From a virus, in the IMG/VR virus record IMGVR_UViG_3300034007_000002, positions 1 through 37,729 of that record: 37,729 nucleotides of DNA; one strand, given 5' to 3'. The notes under the pieces were generated by a model, which ran no database searches, had not been told where the DNA came from, and was given only the letters and a program-made list of their open reading frames with translations. Below, piece after piece: positions 1-9,283 of this stretch; position 1 is the stretch's first letter, and every line of letters starts with the position of its first letter. The position numbers were made by a program, and so were the translations under genes.

Positions 1-127
1 CTCGCCGCCGCCGCGCGGGTCGGCGCCGGCGGGGCGAGCGGGCAGGAGCCGACCGGACTCAGTTCCGTGCGGCTCAACCCGGACGGGAGCCTCAAGGGTG
101 GGATTAGCGTCGCGGGCGGTGCGCGAG
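1..127. repeat. Terminal overlap: bases 1-127 are identical to 37603-37729
   Basis: Read directly. Both copies run from ctcgccgccgccgcgcgggtcggcgcc to gtcgcgggcggtgcgcgag. The repeat lies inside one continuous reading frame, so the contig closes into a 37602-bp circle. Confidence 0.95.
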
Positions 128-2022
128 CAGGCGGGGGCGGCGGCGGGAAGGGCGGCGGGGGCGGCCGTCATAGTCAGGTCAGGGAGCTTACGAAGGCGCT
201 CGAAGAGGCGAAGATTGACGTAGCTCTCGCGCGTTTCCAGTCCAAAGCCGAGGCCATCAGGGACGAGATAGAGGCGAGCGTGCAGGCCGTGCGCGACGGC
301 CTCGAAGATTCGATTTTATCCATCGGCGAAGCCTTCCGACTTGAGGCCGCGCTCGCCGACAAGTACCTCAAGAGTGAACTCGACCGGATCGGCGCGGAGA
401 GGCGGGCGGCGCGTGAGAGGCACGACCTCGCCGTCAAGAACCTCGACCCGAAGCTCACGGCGGAAGAGCGACGGCTTGCCATCGCCGCCGAGGATAAGAA
501 GTTTGCGAAGGAGATAGTCGAACTCGACAGGGAGCGCGACAAGCTCACCCAGGAGACGGTTGATAAAAAATCGGCGCTCGTTCGCGCGGAGGCTCAGGCG
601 CGGGAAGAGTTGGCGCGGTCAATCGCCGACATCGAAGGTCAGCTCGGCGACCTCACTACCTCGCCGCAGGAGCGCATAGACGCGCTGGCCGCCGGCATCG
701 AAGACCGCTTCAAGGACGTGCGCGAGAAGTTGGAGGCGGAAGTCCGCGCGGGCAGTAAGACGGCCGAGGAGGCGCTGGAAAAACTTAAGAAGCTCATCGG
801 CGGCCTCTCCGACCGCGCGAAGTTCGACGTGCTCGCCGGGGGCGCCAGCGACAAGCTCGACGAACTGCGCGACCTCGAAGAGTTACTGTCAATCGGCGTC
901 TCGCAGGGCACGATTAAGAGCAGGGATGCGGCGAAGCGGCGCCTTGAGTTAGAGCGCGAGTATAAGCGGGCACTCCTTGACACCATCTCGGGGCTGGCGG
1001 AGATCGCGCGCAGGACTGGCGACCCGGCGCTGGCCGCCGAAGTGCGTAAACTTCAAATCGAATGGGCGAAGCTCGGCAACGTCATCGACGAGACCGCGAA
1101 GCGCATCGACGACACGCTCAGGAGCGGCTTAGAGGACACCCTCGTCAGCATTATCACGCGCACCGAGACTGTCGGCGAAGCCTTCCGCAAACTGGCTCAG
1201 ACCATCCTCGCGGAGATTGCGCGCATCGTCGCCGCCAACCTCGTCGAGAAGATTTTCGGCGGCCTGCTGAACACCCAGAGCGGCAACTCAATCGGCGGCA
1301 TCCTGAGCGGCATCCTCGGCGGCGGAGGCTCCAGGACTGCGGGCGCAGGCGCGGGGGCACCCGCCGGCAGAGGGCTAGAGGCAATCCCCCTCATCATCAA
1401 GAATTTTCAGGGGAGCACGACCGGCGGCCTCGGAAACCTCCGCACGTCTACCGAAGGGGTCAGGGACGAGGTTAAGGGCGGCATAGGGCAGGTCAACTCC
1501 AACTTCGGTACTGCGATTGGTCTGCTCGGCAACATCGTCAGCTTTCAAGCAGCCCAGGCGGCGGCGGCAATAACGCAGGTGGTGACCGGCATCGTGAAGA
1601 TGATCGGCGCGGGCGCGGGCGGCGCGAAGGCGGGCGGCGGGTTCATCCGGGGGACGGGGACGGGCACCAGCGACTCGATTCTGGCGCGGGTGTCGAATGG
1701 CGAGTTTGTAATCAGGGAGTGGGCGGCGCGCACGGTCGGGCCGCAGGTGCTTCACTTCCTCAATAACTTCGGGAGACTCCCGACGCCCGACCTGCCGGCC
1801 TTCGCGCTCGGCGGCGCCGTGGGCGGAGACTTACTCAAGAACGTCTCGCCGCTCAACCTGGAAGACCTTGAAGGTGAGATAGGAGGGCTGCGCGTCGAGG
1901 CTCACTTCCACGGCGTTAAAGACATGAAGAGCTTCCAGCAGAACGAGGCGGCGGTCAAGCGCACCCTCGGCCGCGCCGCGCAGGACGGCCTCCGGCGCGC
2001 GAAGTCTCGCCCGAGGTCATAG
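1..2022 (+). CDS. Tail tape measure protein, C-terminal portion (continues from 35965..37729 across the circular junction)
   Basis: Position 1 is in the same codon phase as 37603. The frame is open from the window start to TAG at 2020-2022. The product has long helical Ala/Glu/Arg-rich repeats and Gly tracts, and sits directly upstream of the tail-tip genes. Confidence 0.9.
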   Translation, partial: LAAAARVGAGGASGQEPTGLSSVRLNPDGSLKGGISVAGGARAGGGGGGKGGGGGRHSQVRELTKALEEAKIDVALARFQSKAEAIRDEIEASVQAVRDGLEDSILSIGEAFRLEAALADKYLKSELDRIGAERRAARERHDLAVKNLDPKLTAEERRLAIAAEDKKFAKEIVELDRERDKLTQETVDKKSALVRAEAQAREELARSIADIEGQLGDLTTSPQERIDALAAGIEDRFKDVREKLEAEVRAGSKTAEEALEKLKKLIGGLSDRAKFDVLAGGASDKLDELRDLEELLSIGVSQGTIKSRDAAKRRLELEREYKRALLDTISGLAEIARRTGDPALAAEVRKLQIEWAKLGNVIDETAKRIDDTLRSGLEDTLVSIITRTETVGEAFRKLAQTILAEIARIVAANLVEKIFGGLLNTQSGNSIGGILSGILGGGGSRTAGAGAGAPAGRGLEAIPLIIKNFQGSTTGGLGNLRTSTEGVRDEVKGGIGQVNSNFGTAIGLLGNIVSFQAAQAAAAITQVVTGIVKMIGAGAGGAKAGGGFIRGTGTGTSDSILARVSNGEFVIREWAARTVGPQVLHFLNNFGRLPTPDLPAFALGGAVGGDLLKNVSPLNLEDLEGEIGGLRVEAHFHGVKDMKSFQQNEAAVKRTLGRAAQDGLRRAKSRPRS

Positions 2023-2024
2023 TT

Positions 2025-2687
2025 ATGTTCCACGAAATCGTATTCAGTTTAAGCGTAGACCGCGCCCTCTCTACCCACGAATGGCTGACGACCATCCTGG
2101 AGTTGGGCGACCAGGCCGAGCAGCGCATCCCGCAGGGCACGGACGGGCGGCGGAAGTTCAACGCCTCGCTCGGCGTCCGCTCGCTCAAAGACCTGCAAGA
2201 CCTCCTCAAATTCCACGCGCTGCGCCACGGCGAGACCTACGGCTTCAAGGTGCGCGACCTCGTTGATTACACCGTCGCGCGCGGCACCGAAGGCACGCTC
2301 CAATACACCTACAACGGCGTCACGGCGAGCTTCCAGTTGCAGAAGGTTTACACGGACGCGGCGGCGACGTGGATACGCGAGATTTATAAACCCGAGTCAG
2401 GGAGCGTCAAGGTCTATAAGAACGGCTCGCTTCAGACCGTCACCACTCATTACATCATCAACTATGCGACGGGGATTATTACTTTCGTGACCCCGCCGGC
2501 GGCCGGCTCCGTCATTGAGTGGGAGGGGCGCTTCTACGTGCCCGTCCGGTTCACGGTCAAGGAGATACCGGCGGCCGAGTTCATCGCCACGATGGAAGAG
2601 GCGGCGGACGGCTCGGGCTGGGTGGTGAAGTCGGGCACGTCCGACCTGCCCGAGGTCGGCATGATTGAGATTAAAGACTACATCTGA
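2025..2687 (+). CDS. Distal tail protein, DUF2460-like (RcGTA g12-like)
   Basis: The N-terminus FHEIVFSLSVDR...GDQAEQRIPQ...RRKFNASLGVRSLKDLQDLLKFHALRHGETYGFKVRDLVDY matches my memory of the DUF2460/TIGR02217 pattern. Gene order is TMP then this gene. Confidence 0.8.
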   Translation: MFHEIVFSLSVDRALSTHEWLTTILELGDQAEQRIPQGTDGRRKFNASLGVRSLKDLQDLLKFHALRHGETYGFKVRDLVDYTVARGTEGTLQYTYNGVTASFQLQKVYTDAAATWIREIYKPESGSVKVYKNGSLQTVTTHYIINYATGIITFVTPPAAGSVIEWEGRFYVPVRFTVKEIPAAEFIATMEEAADGSGWVVKSGTSDLPEVGMIEIKDYI

Positions 2688-3613
2688 TGCCCGAGAGTGT
2701 CGTTAATTTTGTCGGCCCCTACACGGCGCAGAGTCTCATTGACCACATCGGGACTCCGACGCCGACGACGGCCGTCTGCTGGAAGCTCAGACCCGACCCG
2801 GCAAGCCCGCTCTACGCCTCGGGTCTGGAAGTGCGCGCCACCTCGCACGACCGGCCGCTCGTCCTTCCCGGCCACGGCTCTGCGTCGTTCCTGCCCGGCG
2901 TGGCGGGTATGCCGACGACGATTGACACCGAGAGCGGCCACGAATCGGCGGGGCTTCAATACGAGACCGTCTTCAACTCGGCGGGAATAACGCGCGAATC
3001 ACTCACGGCCGGGGATTGGGTGAAGGCGCGCGTCGAGATTTACACGGTCAACGTCAAAGCCCTGAACATGGGGCAGCTTATAGAGTTCGCGGGCTTCCTC
3101 GGCCGCGCCGACGAAGAGGGCGAACTGTGGAAGGCCGAGGCGCGACCCCTGACCGCCGTCGCGCAGGCGCAAGTCGGGAGGCTCACCTCTGCCCGCTGCA
3201 CCGTCAAGCGGCTCGGGGATGCGCGCTGCAAGGTCAATCTCAATGCTCCGGCCGTCGGGGACGGGGGCGCCATCCTCGTCAACGGCACTCTGACGCAGGT
3301 CGTGAGCGTGACACGCGTCCGCGCCTCTGCGCTTACGCAGACCGGCAACTATTTCGAGCTTCTTAAATTCACGTCGGGGCCGCTCTCGGGGCGGGAGTAT
3401 GAGGTCAGGGAATACGACCCCGCTAATAAAGAGTTCATCCTCCGCGACCCGATGCACCTGCTGCCGGCGGTCGGTAACACTTTCACCGCGACGCGCAGGT
3501 GTAACCGCGACCCGGCCGACTGCGTGCGCATCTACGCGAACATCATCAACAACCGGGGCTACAGGTTTATTACCAACGTCGAGCAGATCAACAAGATTCA
3601 GAGGGCTTCCTGA
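2687..3613 (+). CDS. Tail hub protein, DUF2163 / BR0599-like (RcGTA g13-like)
   Basis: ATGA start/stop overlap with the upstream gene. Contains RCTVKRLGDARCKVNL and a C-terminal RRCNRDPADCVRIYANIINNRGYRFI Cys motif typical of this family. Confidence 0.8.
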   Translation: MPESVVNFVGPYTAQSLIDHIGTPTPTTAVCWKLRPDPASPLYASGLEVRATSHDRPLVLPGHGSASFLPGVAGMPTTIDTESGHESAGLQYETVFNSAGITRESLTAGDWVKARVEIYTVNVKALNMGQLIEFAGFLGRADEEGELWKAEARPLTAVAQAQVGRLTSARCTVKRLGDARCKVNLNAPAVGDGGAILVNGTLTQVVSVTRVRASALTQTGNYFELLKFTSGPLSGREYEVREYDPANKEFILRDPMHLLPAVGNTFTATRRCNRDPADCVRIYANIINNRGYRFITNVEQINKIQRAS

Positions 3614-4098
3614 TGTCGGAGACAACCGCACTCTACAGGCCGGGACTCGTTACCCGCGACGACATCGTGAGGGTCGCACGCACGCTCAAAGGCGTGCCGT
3701 TCAGGCATCAAGGCTCTTATCCCAAGACCGGCCTCGACTGTCGCGGTGTCATCGAGTACATCGCCTTCGCGCTGTGGGGGCGATCTATCCCCGCACGCGA
3801 GTACCAGCGCAAGCCCGACGGCGCGGAGTTCCTTGAGAAGATGCGCGCCGAGATGACGGAGATTGACCCGGCGGACGCGCGGCACGGCGACGCGGTGCTG
3901 ATTCACTTCCCGCGAGACGCCGAGGCGAGGCACGGCGGCGTGCTCGCCGACGGGCCTGTGTTCGCCGCCGACCCTTCCGAGCGGATGCTGATACACGCCT
4001 GGGAGAGTCGCGGCGAGGGTGAGGTGAGGGAAGAGCCTTTGCGCGGGTGGAAGCGCAAAAACATTGATTACGCCTTCCGCTTCCCCGGCATCAGTTAG
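3613..4098 (+). CDS. NlpC/P60-family cell-wall peptidase (RcGTA g14-like, tail-associated)
   Basis: GVPFRHQGSYPKTGLDCRGVIEY (catalytic Cys context) with downstream His residues (HGDAVLIHF...RHGGV). ATGA overlap with the upstream gene. Confidence 0.8.
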   Translation: MSETTALYRPGLVTRDDIVRVARTLKGVPFRHQGSYPKTGLDCRGVIEYIAFALWGRSIPAREYQRKPDGAEFLEKMRAEMTEIDPADARHGDAVLIHFPRDAEARHGGVLADGPVFAADPSERMLIHAWESRGEGEVREEPLRGWKRKNIDYAFRFPGIS

Positions 4099-4109
4099 GA
4101 GGTAGACGA

Positions 4110-7100
4110 GTGGCCGCAGCAGTTCCCTTACTGATTCAGGTCGGCATCGCCGCCGGTACTTACGTGGCGTCGTCCCTGCTCGCGCCCAAGCCGAAGCTCA
4201 ACGCCGTGGACAAGGGGCGCTTCGACGACATACGCATCACGACGGCGGAGGAGGGCGGCTTCATCCCCCTGTGCTTCGGCCAGCGCGCGCGGCTCGCGGG
4301 TAACATCTTCTGGGGCACGGTCACGCGCGAGTACGTCTCGCACACCGAAGGCCGGACGGGAGGGAAGGGCGGCAGCGCGCAGCAGCCGACCCCGCCGACT
4401 AACACTTACAGTTATAAAAAGTCGTTCGCCATCATGGTCTGCGCGACGCCGGTCAAATCCTACCGGCGCATCTCGGAAAACTTAGAGACGATTTACAACA
4501 CCCTCGGCTCGGAGCTGCGTGAGGACTTCTACGAGGCGGAGAATCACGTCCTGGCCGGGGGCGCTTCCGCAGTCGTTGACGGCTCCTGCTCGGGCGGGCA
4601 GGCGGTGCGTCTCGCGGCCTCGGGGCAGTATGTCGAGATCGAAGTGACGGCGCTCTTCGCCGGGCTTCACACGGTCGTCATCTTCTACAAGGCGTCCGCC
4701 CCCGCGCAGGTCTATCTGAGCACCAACGGCGGCAGCGAAACCCTTGTGAGCCTCCCGGCCTCCGGGGGCGACCCCATAAACGTGACGGCGACCCTGCAAC
4801 TGAGCCGGGGGCTTAACACCATCAAGTTTCGCGGCGGCACGGGCGCGGCCGACCTTGACCGCATCTATGTCTCGGGCACCGGCTCGCCGCCCGAGTTCGA
4901 CCCGCCCGAAGTCACCAACCTGATAGACACCACCGCCAGCTTCCCCGCAGACGCGGATGACCCGACGCCCTTCTACAACACCGTCCAGACCTTCGACGCG
5001 ACCGGCTATTTCGAGGGCTTCACCACGGCGGGCGGTCAGGCGCGGTTTGAACTCTTCGCGGGCAAGGAGACGCAGCCACAGTCCGCCATCATCGTCGCCG
5101 TCGAGGGCGCCTCGGAGACGCCGGCCTTCCGCGACGTGTCTTACTTCGCCACCGAGGACTATCTGCTCAAGGAGGGGCAGCTCGGCAACTTCGTCTTTGA
5201 GATTGAGCCGGAGATTCAAGACCTCGACGCAACGCTCCTGTACCTCTACACGCTCGACGGGAAGGTCACGGCGGCGGATTGCGACTTCTCGCTGCTGGCT
5301 GGGCGAAAGATTTCCGGCCTCGTCATCGACCACCGCGCTCCGCTCTCCGAAACCGTGACCGCGCTTGAGGCGTGGTTTAATTTCGACATCGTTCCGAAGG
5401 GCGGGAAGATAACGGCCATCCCGCGCGGCGGGGCGGTGGCGGCGCGACTCTACGAGCGCGAGCTGCGCGCGCACCTCTTCGGCGAGGAGCGCCCGCTCGC
5501 GGCCGTGAAGGTCGCGCACGAAGACCCCACGGACTTGCCCGGCGAGGTGGATGTCGTCTACCTGGACTCGTCGCCCTCGAAAGACTTCCACAGCGGCAAC
5601 CAGACCGCGCAGAAGATCGTCGGCTTCTCATTCGACAAGGAGACTCTGACCTTCCCCATAGTCGGCGACCCGGACACCGCCCACGCGGTCGGGATGCGCT
5701 ACCTCGACGCCCGACACCTCGCGGCGAAGCCGGCGGAGCTGGTCTGCGGCTTCGGCAAGCGGCACTTTATCCCGACCGATATCCTCGAAGTAGAACTCGA
5801 AGACGGGACGCTCTACACCTACCGCGTCGGCTCGAAGCAGGCCGACCTTCAGGGGATGGTCAAGTTCGGCGCCGTGCCCGAGCGCGCGTCAATCTACGCG
5901 CAGGGCGGCGCGGGCGTCTCGGGCAGGGGCGGCGACGTGCTGCTCATCCGTCCGCCGGCAAACACCCTGCTCGTCGTCGCGGACTGCGTGCCGATTCGTC
6001 AGGAGGATTTGGGGAGGCTTATCGTCTACGGCGCGGCCTGCCCGCGCGGCGTCGGCTACTGGCCGGGCTACCACCTGAACAAGAAAGACCAGAACGGCGA
6101 GGCCGAGCGCGTCGGCGGATTCGAGACGGCGGCGACTATCGGCATCGTCGAGACGGCCTCCCAGAGCGCGGCGAAGTTCGGCTTAGAGGCCGCGCGCTCC
6201 TTCGTGGTGAAGCTCTATAACGGCTCGCTGGAGTCTCGCACCGAGGAGGAGGTCAGAGCCGAGCGCGTCAACCTCGCGCTCTACGGCTCGGGCAACCGTT
6301 GGGAGGTTATCCAATTCCTGACCGCGACGCCGCAGGCGGCCTCGGCGCCCTTCGTCGCTCAGTACCTCGTTACGGGTGTCGTCTCTGGCCTTTACGGCAC
6401 CGAGGTCTTCTCGGCCAACCATCAGGCGGGCGACTACTTCGTCCTCTTCGACGGCGCGGTCGCGTCCTTCCCGATGCGCCCGGCCGACGTAACCCAGACC
6501 TTCGACTTCATCGGTCAGACGGCCGGGCAGGCGCTCGGCGACGCCGAGGTCGCGGGCGTCTCGACGCTCAACTTCCAGGGCAACTCGGCGAAGCCGCTGG
6601 CCGTCTCCCGCGTCGAGTTGGACGACGAGACGCAGCTCGCGCCGAGGGATTCGGCCGGCTCGATCCTCATCGCGCCCGACCCGCGCACCAACCCCGAGAT
6701 TGTCGGCGACGAGTACCTGATCGACTACCTGAGCGACGACCGGAGCACAATCATTCACTCGGACTCCTTCGGCGAGGAGCAGGAAGTCCCGGCGCTCTTC
6801 AAGTCCACGGCGTCGCTCTATTCGGGGGCGGGTGCTAACAAATACGTCAACGTCTCGGGCAACACGCTCTCGGGGACGGGTGACGATTCTGTCATCGGGC
6901 CGAGCGGTTCCGCGCGCGCGCGCTCGCTGCAACGCATCCTGAAGGCGGGGAACTACGTCGAGGCGACGTTGAAAGCCGGCTCGACCTTCGCCTCCGACTC
7001 GGCGCAGGTCGGCCTCATCAGCGAGCAACTGGATTGGACGAACCCCGGCACCGGCGCCGACTACGTGAAGACCGACTATCTCGTCAGGCTTTTCTACTCG

Positions 7101-7496
7101 GGCGGGTACAATCTCGCCGTCTCGGTCGGCGGCACGACCATCTACACGCTCACGACGAACGTCTCCGCCGCCGAACGGGTGCGCGTCGTGGTCGCGGGTT
7201 CCGTCGTCAGGTTCTATCGCTACTTCCTGGGCGCGCTCATCTACCTGTGTGAGACGCCGGTCGCGCCGTCTTTCCCGCTCCGCGTCTGGGCCCGCATCAG
7301 CTTCCTTCAGAGCGGCGTTACCACCGCCGTCGAACAGGTAATGTTGACGACGCGGCCGAAGCCCGTCACTAGCTTCACCGCCGCGCAGCAGCAGCTCTAC
7401 TACGGCGGTCTGAAGGCGCCGGTACAGGTTCGCATTTACCAGCACTCGGGCGTCCGTGAGATCGGCTACGGGTTCGCTTGGGAGGGGGCAATATAA
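4110..7496 (+). CDS. Host-specificity / central tail fibre protein (gpJ-like, RcGTA g15-like)
   Basis: 1128 aa with a GTG start. It has a hydrophobic N-terminus and the RLAGNIFWGT motif seen in g15-like proteins. Size and position follow the g12-g14 homologues. Confidence 0.8.
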   Translation: MAAAVPLLIQVGIAAGTYVASSLLAPKPKLNAVDKGRFDDIRITTAEEGGFIPLCFGQRARLAGNIFWGTVTREYVSHTEGRTGGKGGSAQQPTPPTNTYSYKKSFAIMVCATPVKSYRRISENLETIYNTLGSELREDFYEAENHVLAGGASAVVDGSCSGGQAVRLAASGQYVEIEVTALFAGLHTVVIFYKASAPAQVYLSTNGGSETLVSLPASGGDPINVTATLQLSRGLNTIKFRGGTGAADLDRIYVSGTGSPPEFDPPEVTNLIDTTASFPADADDPTPFYNTVQTFDATGYFEGFTTAGGQARFELFAGKETQPQSAIIVAVEGASETPAFRDVSYFATEDYLLKEGQLGNFVFEIEPEIQDLDATLLYLYTLDGKVTAADCDFSLLAGRKISGLVIDHRAPLSETVTALEAWFNFDIVPKGGKITAIPRGGAVAARLYERELRAHLFGEERPLAAVKVAHEDPTDLPGEVDVVYLDSSPSKDFHSGNQTAQKIVGFSFDKETLTFPIVGDPDTAHAVGMRYLDARHLAAKPAELVCGFGKRHFIPTDILEVELEDGTLYTYRVGSKQADLQGMVKFGAVPERASIYAQGGAGVSGRGGDVLLIRPPANTLLVVADCVPIRQEDLGRLIVYGAACPRGVGYWPGYHLNKKDQNGEAERVGGFETAATIGIVETASQSAAKFGLEAARSFVVKLYNGSLESRTEEEVRAERVNLALYGSGNRWEVIQFLTATPQAASAPFVAQYLVTGVVSGLYGTEVFSANHQAGDYFVLFDGAVASFPMRPADVTQTFDFIGQTAGQALGDAEVAGVSTLNFQGNSAKPLAVSRVELDDETQLAPRDSAGSILIAPDPRTNPEIVGDEYLIDYLSDDRSTIIHSDSFGEEQEVPALFKSTASLYSGAGANKYVNVSGNTLSGTGDDSVIGPSGSARARSLQRILKAGNYVEATLKAGSTFASDSAQVGLISEQLDWTNPGTGADYVKTDYLVRLFYSGGYNLAVSVGGTTIYTLTTNVSAAERVRVVVAGSVVRFYRYFLGALIYLCETPVAPSFPLRVWARISFLQSGVTTAVEQVMLTTRPKPVTSFTAAQQQLYYGGLKAPVQVRIYQHSGVREIGYGFAWEGAI

Positions 7497-7499
7497 GCC

Positions 7500-8594
7500 A
7501 TGAGCAACACGCAATTTCTACAGGAGCCGGAACCGCTCGACAGGGAGCAGAACCTCGAAGGCTTCCTCAAGCTACGGCTGCAAAGCCTTGACCGAGCCGT
7601 CGCGGGTTACGTGTCCGTCTCGCTGCAAGGGCTGACCGGCAACGTAGACCTCTCGCCGCCTCAGGCGAAGTACAGGGTCGTGAAGTTGACGGGGGCGCCT
7701 TCGGGCGCCGTCAGCGTCCGCATCCCCGCCACGACCGGCGCGAACGCGGATATTATCTTCGTCAACACCTGCACCGGCTCTAGTTCCACCGTGACGCTCA
7801 AGAGCACGGGCGCGAACGCCGGCAACTCGTCGGGCGTCTCGCTCGCCACGGGTAAGACGCGGCACGTCAGGCACGACGGGGAGAGCGTCTACCCGGTGGC
7901 GCCCGAGCAGGCGACCACGCCGAGCACGCTGACCTCTAGCCTCGTCGCCTACTACAAACTTGACGAGTGGGCGGGGATGCGACTGGACTCGGTCGGCACC
8001 GGCCACCTGACCGACAACAACACCGTGACGCAGAACCCCGGCAAGCTCGGCGCGGCGGCGCAGTTCACGGCCGCAAATTCCGAATACCTGTCCGTCGCCG
8101 ACAACCCGGCGCTCTCGATGGGTAACATCGAGTTCACCGTCTGCGCGTGGGTGTACCTCGACAGCAAGACGGCGGCGCGCACCGTCTGCGCCAAGCGCGG
8201 CGTCGCCGGCGTGAGCGGCGGCGAGTTCTCACTCGTCTACGACAACTCGGCCGACCGCTTCCTCTTCTCCGTCTTCGACTCGACGACGGGTGCTAACACC
8301 GCGACGGCTAACATCTTCGGCAGCCCCTCGACCGGCACCTGGTACTTCCTCGTCGGCATGGTGGAAGGCGGGAACGTGAAGATCAGCGTCAACGGCGGGG
8401 CGTTCAACACGACCGCGAAGACCGTCACCATCCCCGACTCCGCACACCCCTTCTACATCGGCGCGCAGCAGCCGACGCCGACCTTCTTTTGGGACGGGAG
8501 GATTGATACCGTAGGTATTTGGAAGCGGGCGCTGACGGCCGCCGATCTCACGGAGCTTTACAACGGCGGCGCCGGTAAGGAGTACCCGTTCTAG
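7500..8594 (+). CDS. Tail fibre / receptor-binding protein with C-terminal LamG (concanavalin-A-like lectin) domain
   Basis: The C-terminal 220 aa read LVAYYKLDE...GHLTDNN...AAQFTAANSEYLSV...FTVCAWVYLDS...FSLVYD...WYFLVGM...ISVNG...FYIGAQ...FWDGRIDTVGIWKRALTAADLTELYNGG. This is the Laminin_G_3 pattern. It is the last gene of the tail block. Confidence 0.75.
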   Translation: MSNTQFLQEPEPLDREQNLEGFLKLRLQSLDRAVAGYVSVSLQGLTGNVDLSPPQAKYRVVKLTGAPSGAVSVRIPATTGANADIIFVNTCTGSSSTVTLKSTGANAGNSSGVSLATGKTRHVRHDGESVYPVAPEQATTPSTLTSSLVAYYKLDEWAGMRLDSVGTGHLTDNNTVTQNPGKLGAAAQFTAANSEYLSVADNPALSMGNIEFTVCAWVYLDSKTAARTVCAKRGVAGVSGGEFSLVYDNSADRFLFSVFDSTTGANTATANIFGSPSTGTWYFLVGMVEGGNVKISVNGGAFNTTAKTVTIPDSAHPFYIGAQQPTPTFFWDGRIDTVGIWKRALTAADLTELYNGGAGKEYPF

Positions 8595-8606
8595 GGGCAG
8601 CGCTCG

Positions 8607-8750
8607 GCCACGAAGGAGGTCGAGAAGGTAGACCTGCGGGTGCTGGAGAAGATTTGCCACGCCCTTGAGTGTGAGCCGGGCGAGCTACTCAGAGTGATGA
8701 GTAAGAGCCTGCGTCCTATAATACTCATTATGTTCGAGAATGAATTGTGA
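8607..8750 (+). pseudogene. Remnant of the C-terminal end of an XRE/HTH_26-type regulator, with no N-terminus and no start
   Basis: Immediately after the fibre TAG, in the same frame, the sequence reads ATKEVEKVDLRVLEKICHALECEPGELLRV. This matches the usual ...IDLDTLEKLCRALDCQPGDLLEY ending of these regulators. The helix-turn-helix part is missing. Confidence 0.5.
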
Positions 8751-8931
8751 TTCACCAACTTTTGAGAGCCTGATAACTACATCTTGTGGTCAGGTAGCGG
8801 CTGAAAAGTTCTCTAACCGACCACAGAAGTAGTTAATGGTCTGCCACAAGATATGGTGGTCATAAAGTGGCTGCGAAATCACTCCGGCGCAGCCTAGATA
8901 ACTCCAATACTCCGGTACCGGAGGTATCCCC

Positions 8932-9141
8932 ATGGGTATCCCAGCTATCCCAGCGCACCCTTGGCGCATAGGCACCCGCTGGCGCTGCGCCACCCCCTAC
9001 CGCTCCGGTACCCCATACCTGACAGGTAGCCCCTCCAGCCGGCAAGGGCTAGAGCCTCTAGAGGAGGTGGCAGAACCGAATCCGCTGTGGGGTGAGTGGC
9101 GTGCGTGGGGTAGGAAGAAAGCCGCCGCGGCGGCTCCCTAG
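8932..9141 (+). CDS. Hypothetical 69-aa Pro/Trp/Arg-rich protein (doubtful)
   Basis: GGAGG lies 7 nt upstream of the ATG. There is no recognisable motif, and the composition could also be non-coding. Confidence 0.25.
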   Translation: MGIPAIPAHPWRIGTRWRCATPYRSGTPYLTGSPSSRQGLEPLEEVAEPNPLWGEWRAWGRKKAAAAAP

Positions 9142-9283
9142 CCGTCCGGGTGGCGGCCTAGATCGTGCCATCAAGGGGGGAGAGTTTGTCGAATGAATCG
9201 AGATATTGATTGCTATGTTTAGCAGTTGGAATATAAGCTACGGCTTCTCGCGGTAAACACTCAGCAGAACCTCAGGAGAAACC

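Noticed and set aside
8592-8594. TAG readthrough or recoding that would fuse the fibre to the downstream XRE-like peptide
   Set aside because: TAG terminates several unambiguous genes here, at 2020-2022, 4096-4098, 28847-28849 and 35764-35766. Stop-codon reassignment is therefore unlikely. A recombination scar is the simpler explanation.
7500-8594. A diversity-generating retroelement acting on the fibre lectin domain
   Set aside because: There is no reverse transcriptase ORF, and no template-repeat copy of the fibre 3' end is visible in the window.
9121-9134. The 14-bp palindrome GCCGCCGCGGCGGC as a terminator
   Set aside because: The stem is very short, no gene ends here on the strand that would carry the U-tract, and the sequence lies inside a doubtful ORF.
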